DNA of 64,000 nucleotides from Asterias rubens. Lineage: Eukaryota. Each line of letters opens with the position of its first letter. Positions within the stretch are counted from its first letter, which is position 1. Position numbers and translations under genes: made by a program. Below are positions 62,919 through 64,000 of the stretch, piece by piece. Under the pieces are notes generated by a model. That model was not told where the DNA came from. It saw only the letters and a list, made by a program, of their open reading frames with translations, and searched no databases. The stretch is from NCBI RefSeq assembly GCF_902459465.1, contig NC_047080.1:11842001-11906000 (forward strand). Reading direction: 5' to 3'.

Positions 62919-64000
62919 TTTTTTTCCCATCAAACTCTTTCAGTCAGAAAATTTTAAGAAATAAATTTATACTTTACCCTGTAAATGTTCACGTCTCATC
63001 AGATGTCTAACCAGTCAGAACAAATTTGTCCGCAATTATTGTTGAGTATAAGCTTCTGATTAATGGTGTGCGGCCGGTCAGAGCAATTTATATTTACAAC
63101 AAACTGTCAGTTGAAATAAATAGAGTAGCTGTGCAGTAGAGACATGTCTCTTGACTCAAAGGCTGCTCGCAAAATGTCAATATCTCTCTCGCCTCACAGC
63201 TGATAGTCCAGAATAGGAGAAATCCAGCCTCTAACTGAAAATGGAATAACCCGGCTGAAACTTATCGGTTGAAAAGTGCCATATAGCAGATTGTTCCATT
63301 TCTAAATAGGGATGTGTTGTCTGGAGGGGAATTTTGTTATGTCAGAAGTGGATAAGCCAAATTCATATTTCCCGTTAATGCAAATGTTAAGCAATATTTG
63401 TTATCGCAAACAATCAACTTCTAACCAACTGTGATATTTACCTATTATATTAACCCATATCCTTATAATCTGTTTGGCTGTAGGACTCTGATTTTAAAAT
63501 AGCAGTTAAATCCATCAAACTGTTTGTCTGAAACGAGTAAACATATTGACACAGTTGTTGAAAATGAAATTGAATTTGAAGTTTTACGTTAAAAGGAAGG
63601 TTCTTGTTTGGTAATTACTCAAAACAAATATTAACTTAAAAACTGACTTGGTAACGAGCATTGGACAGCTGTTGATAGTATAAAACATTGTGGGAAACGA
63701 CTCCCTCTGAAGTAATGTAGTTTCTCACGAAAATAATAAAAGACTGGTCTTTGACAATTGCCAAACATGTACCTTCCCTTTAAGTACACTGCACATGGAG
63801 CGTGTTTTGTCTCTTTCGGACTATGTGTGTTTGTTTTGATGTAAACATATTGGACTATTTACATTTTATTTTCCTCGCCTATGACGTATATGTTAATCTG
63901 TCTACGGTCCACAATTGAGACCACATTAGCATTTTAAAGGATTATTAATAATATACATGTTTGGTACCTTATTTGATACCTCATTGTAAGAGGGTTGATA

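Overview
Eukaryotic, AT-rich, intron-containing genomic DNA from an invertebrate animal. A deuterostome such as a sea star is my inference, from the gene set, intron positions and many short TIR/foldback elements. I reconstructed four spliced housekeeping genes by hand, using GT-AG junctions and phase continuity. They form two head-to-head pairs: ANAPC5 (-) with a UCK1/2-like uridine-cytidine kinase (+), and ACTR5/Arp5 (-) with a RABGAP1/RABGAP1L-like gene (+, 5' part only). An intronless GPR21/GPR52-like GPCR is nested antisense in the RABGAP1 intron after '...YRVLITK'. The most interesting observations are: (1) the GPR21/52-in-RABGAP1 nesting outside vertebrates, with apparently inverted orientation and no ECL2 'built-in agonist' motif; (2) a TIR-bounded element at 20.4-21.0 kb that has captured a copy of ANAPC5 exon 13 plus flanking intron and was later interrupted by a hAT-type MITE; (3) an ANAPC5 3' end that looks frameshifted or decayed; (4) tight UCK-RABGAP1-GPR21/52 linkage mirroring the human 1q/9q paralogon. 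No searches were run; homology calls rest on recalled family sequences.
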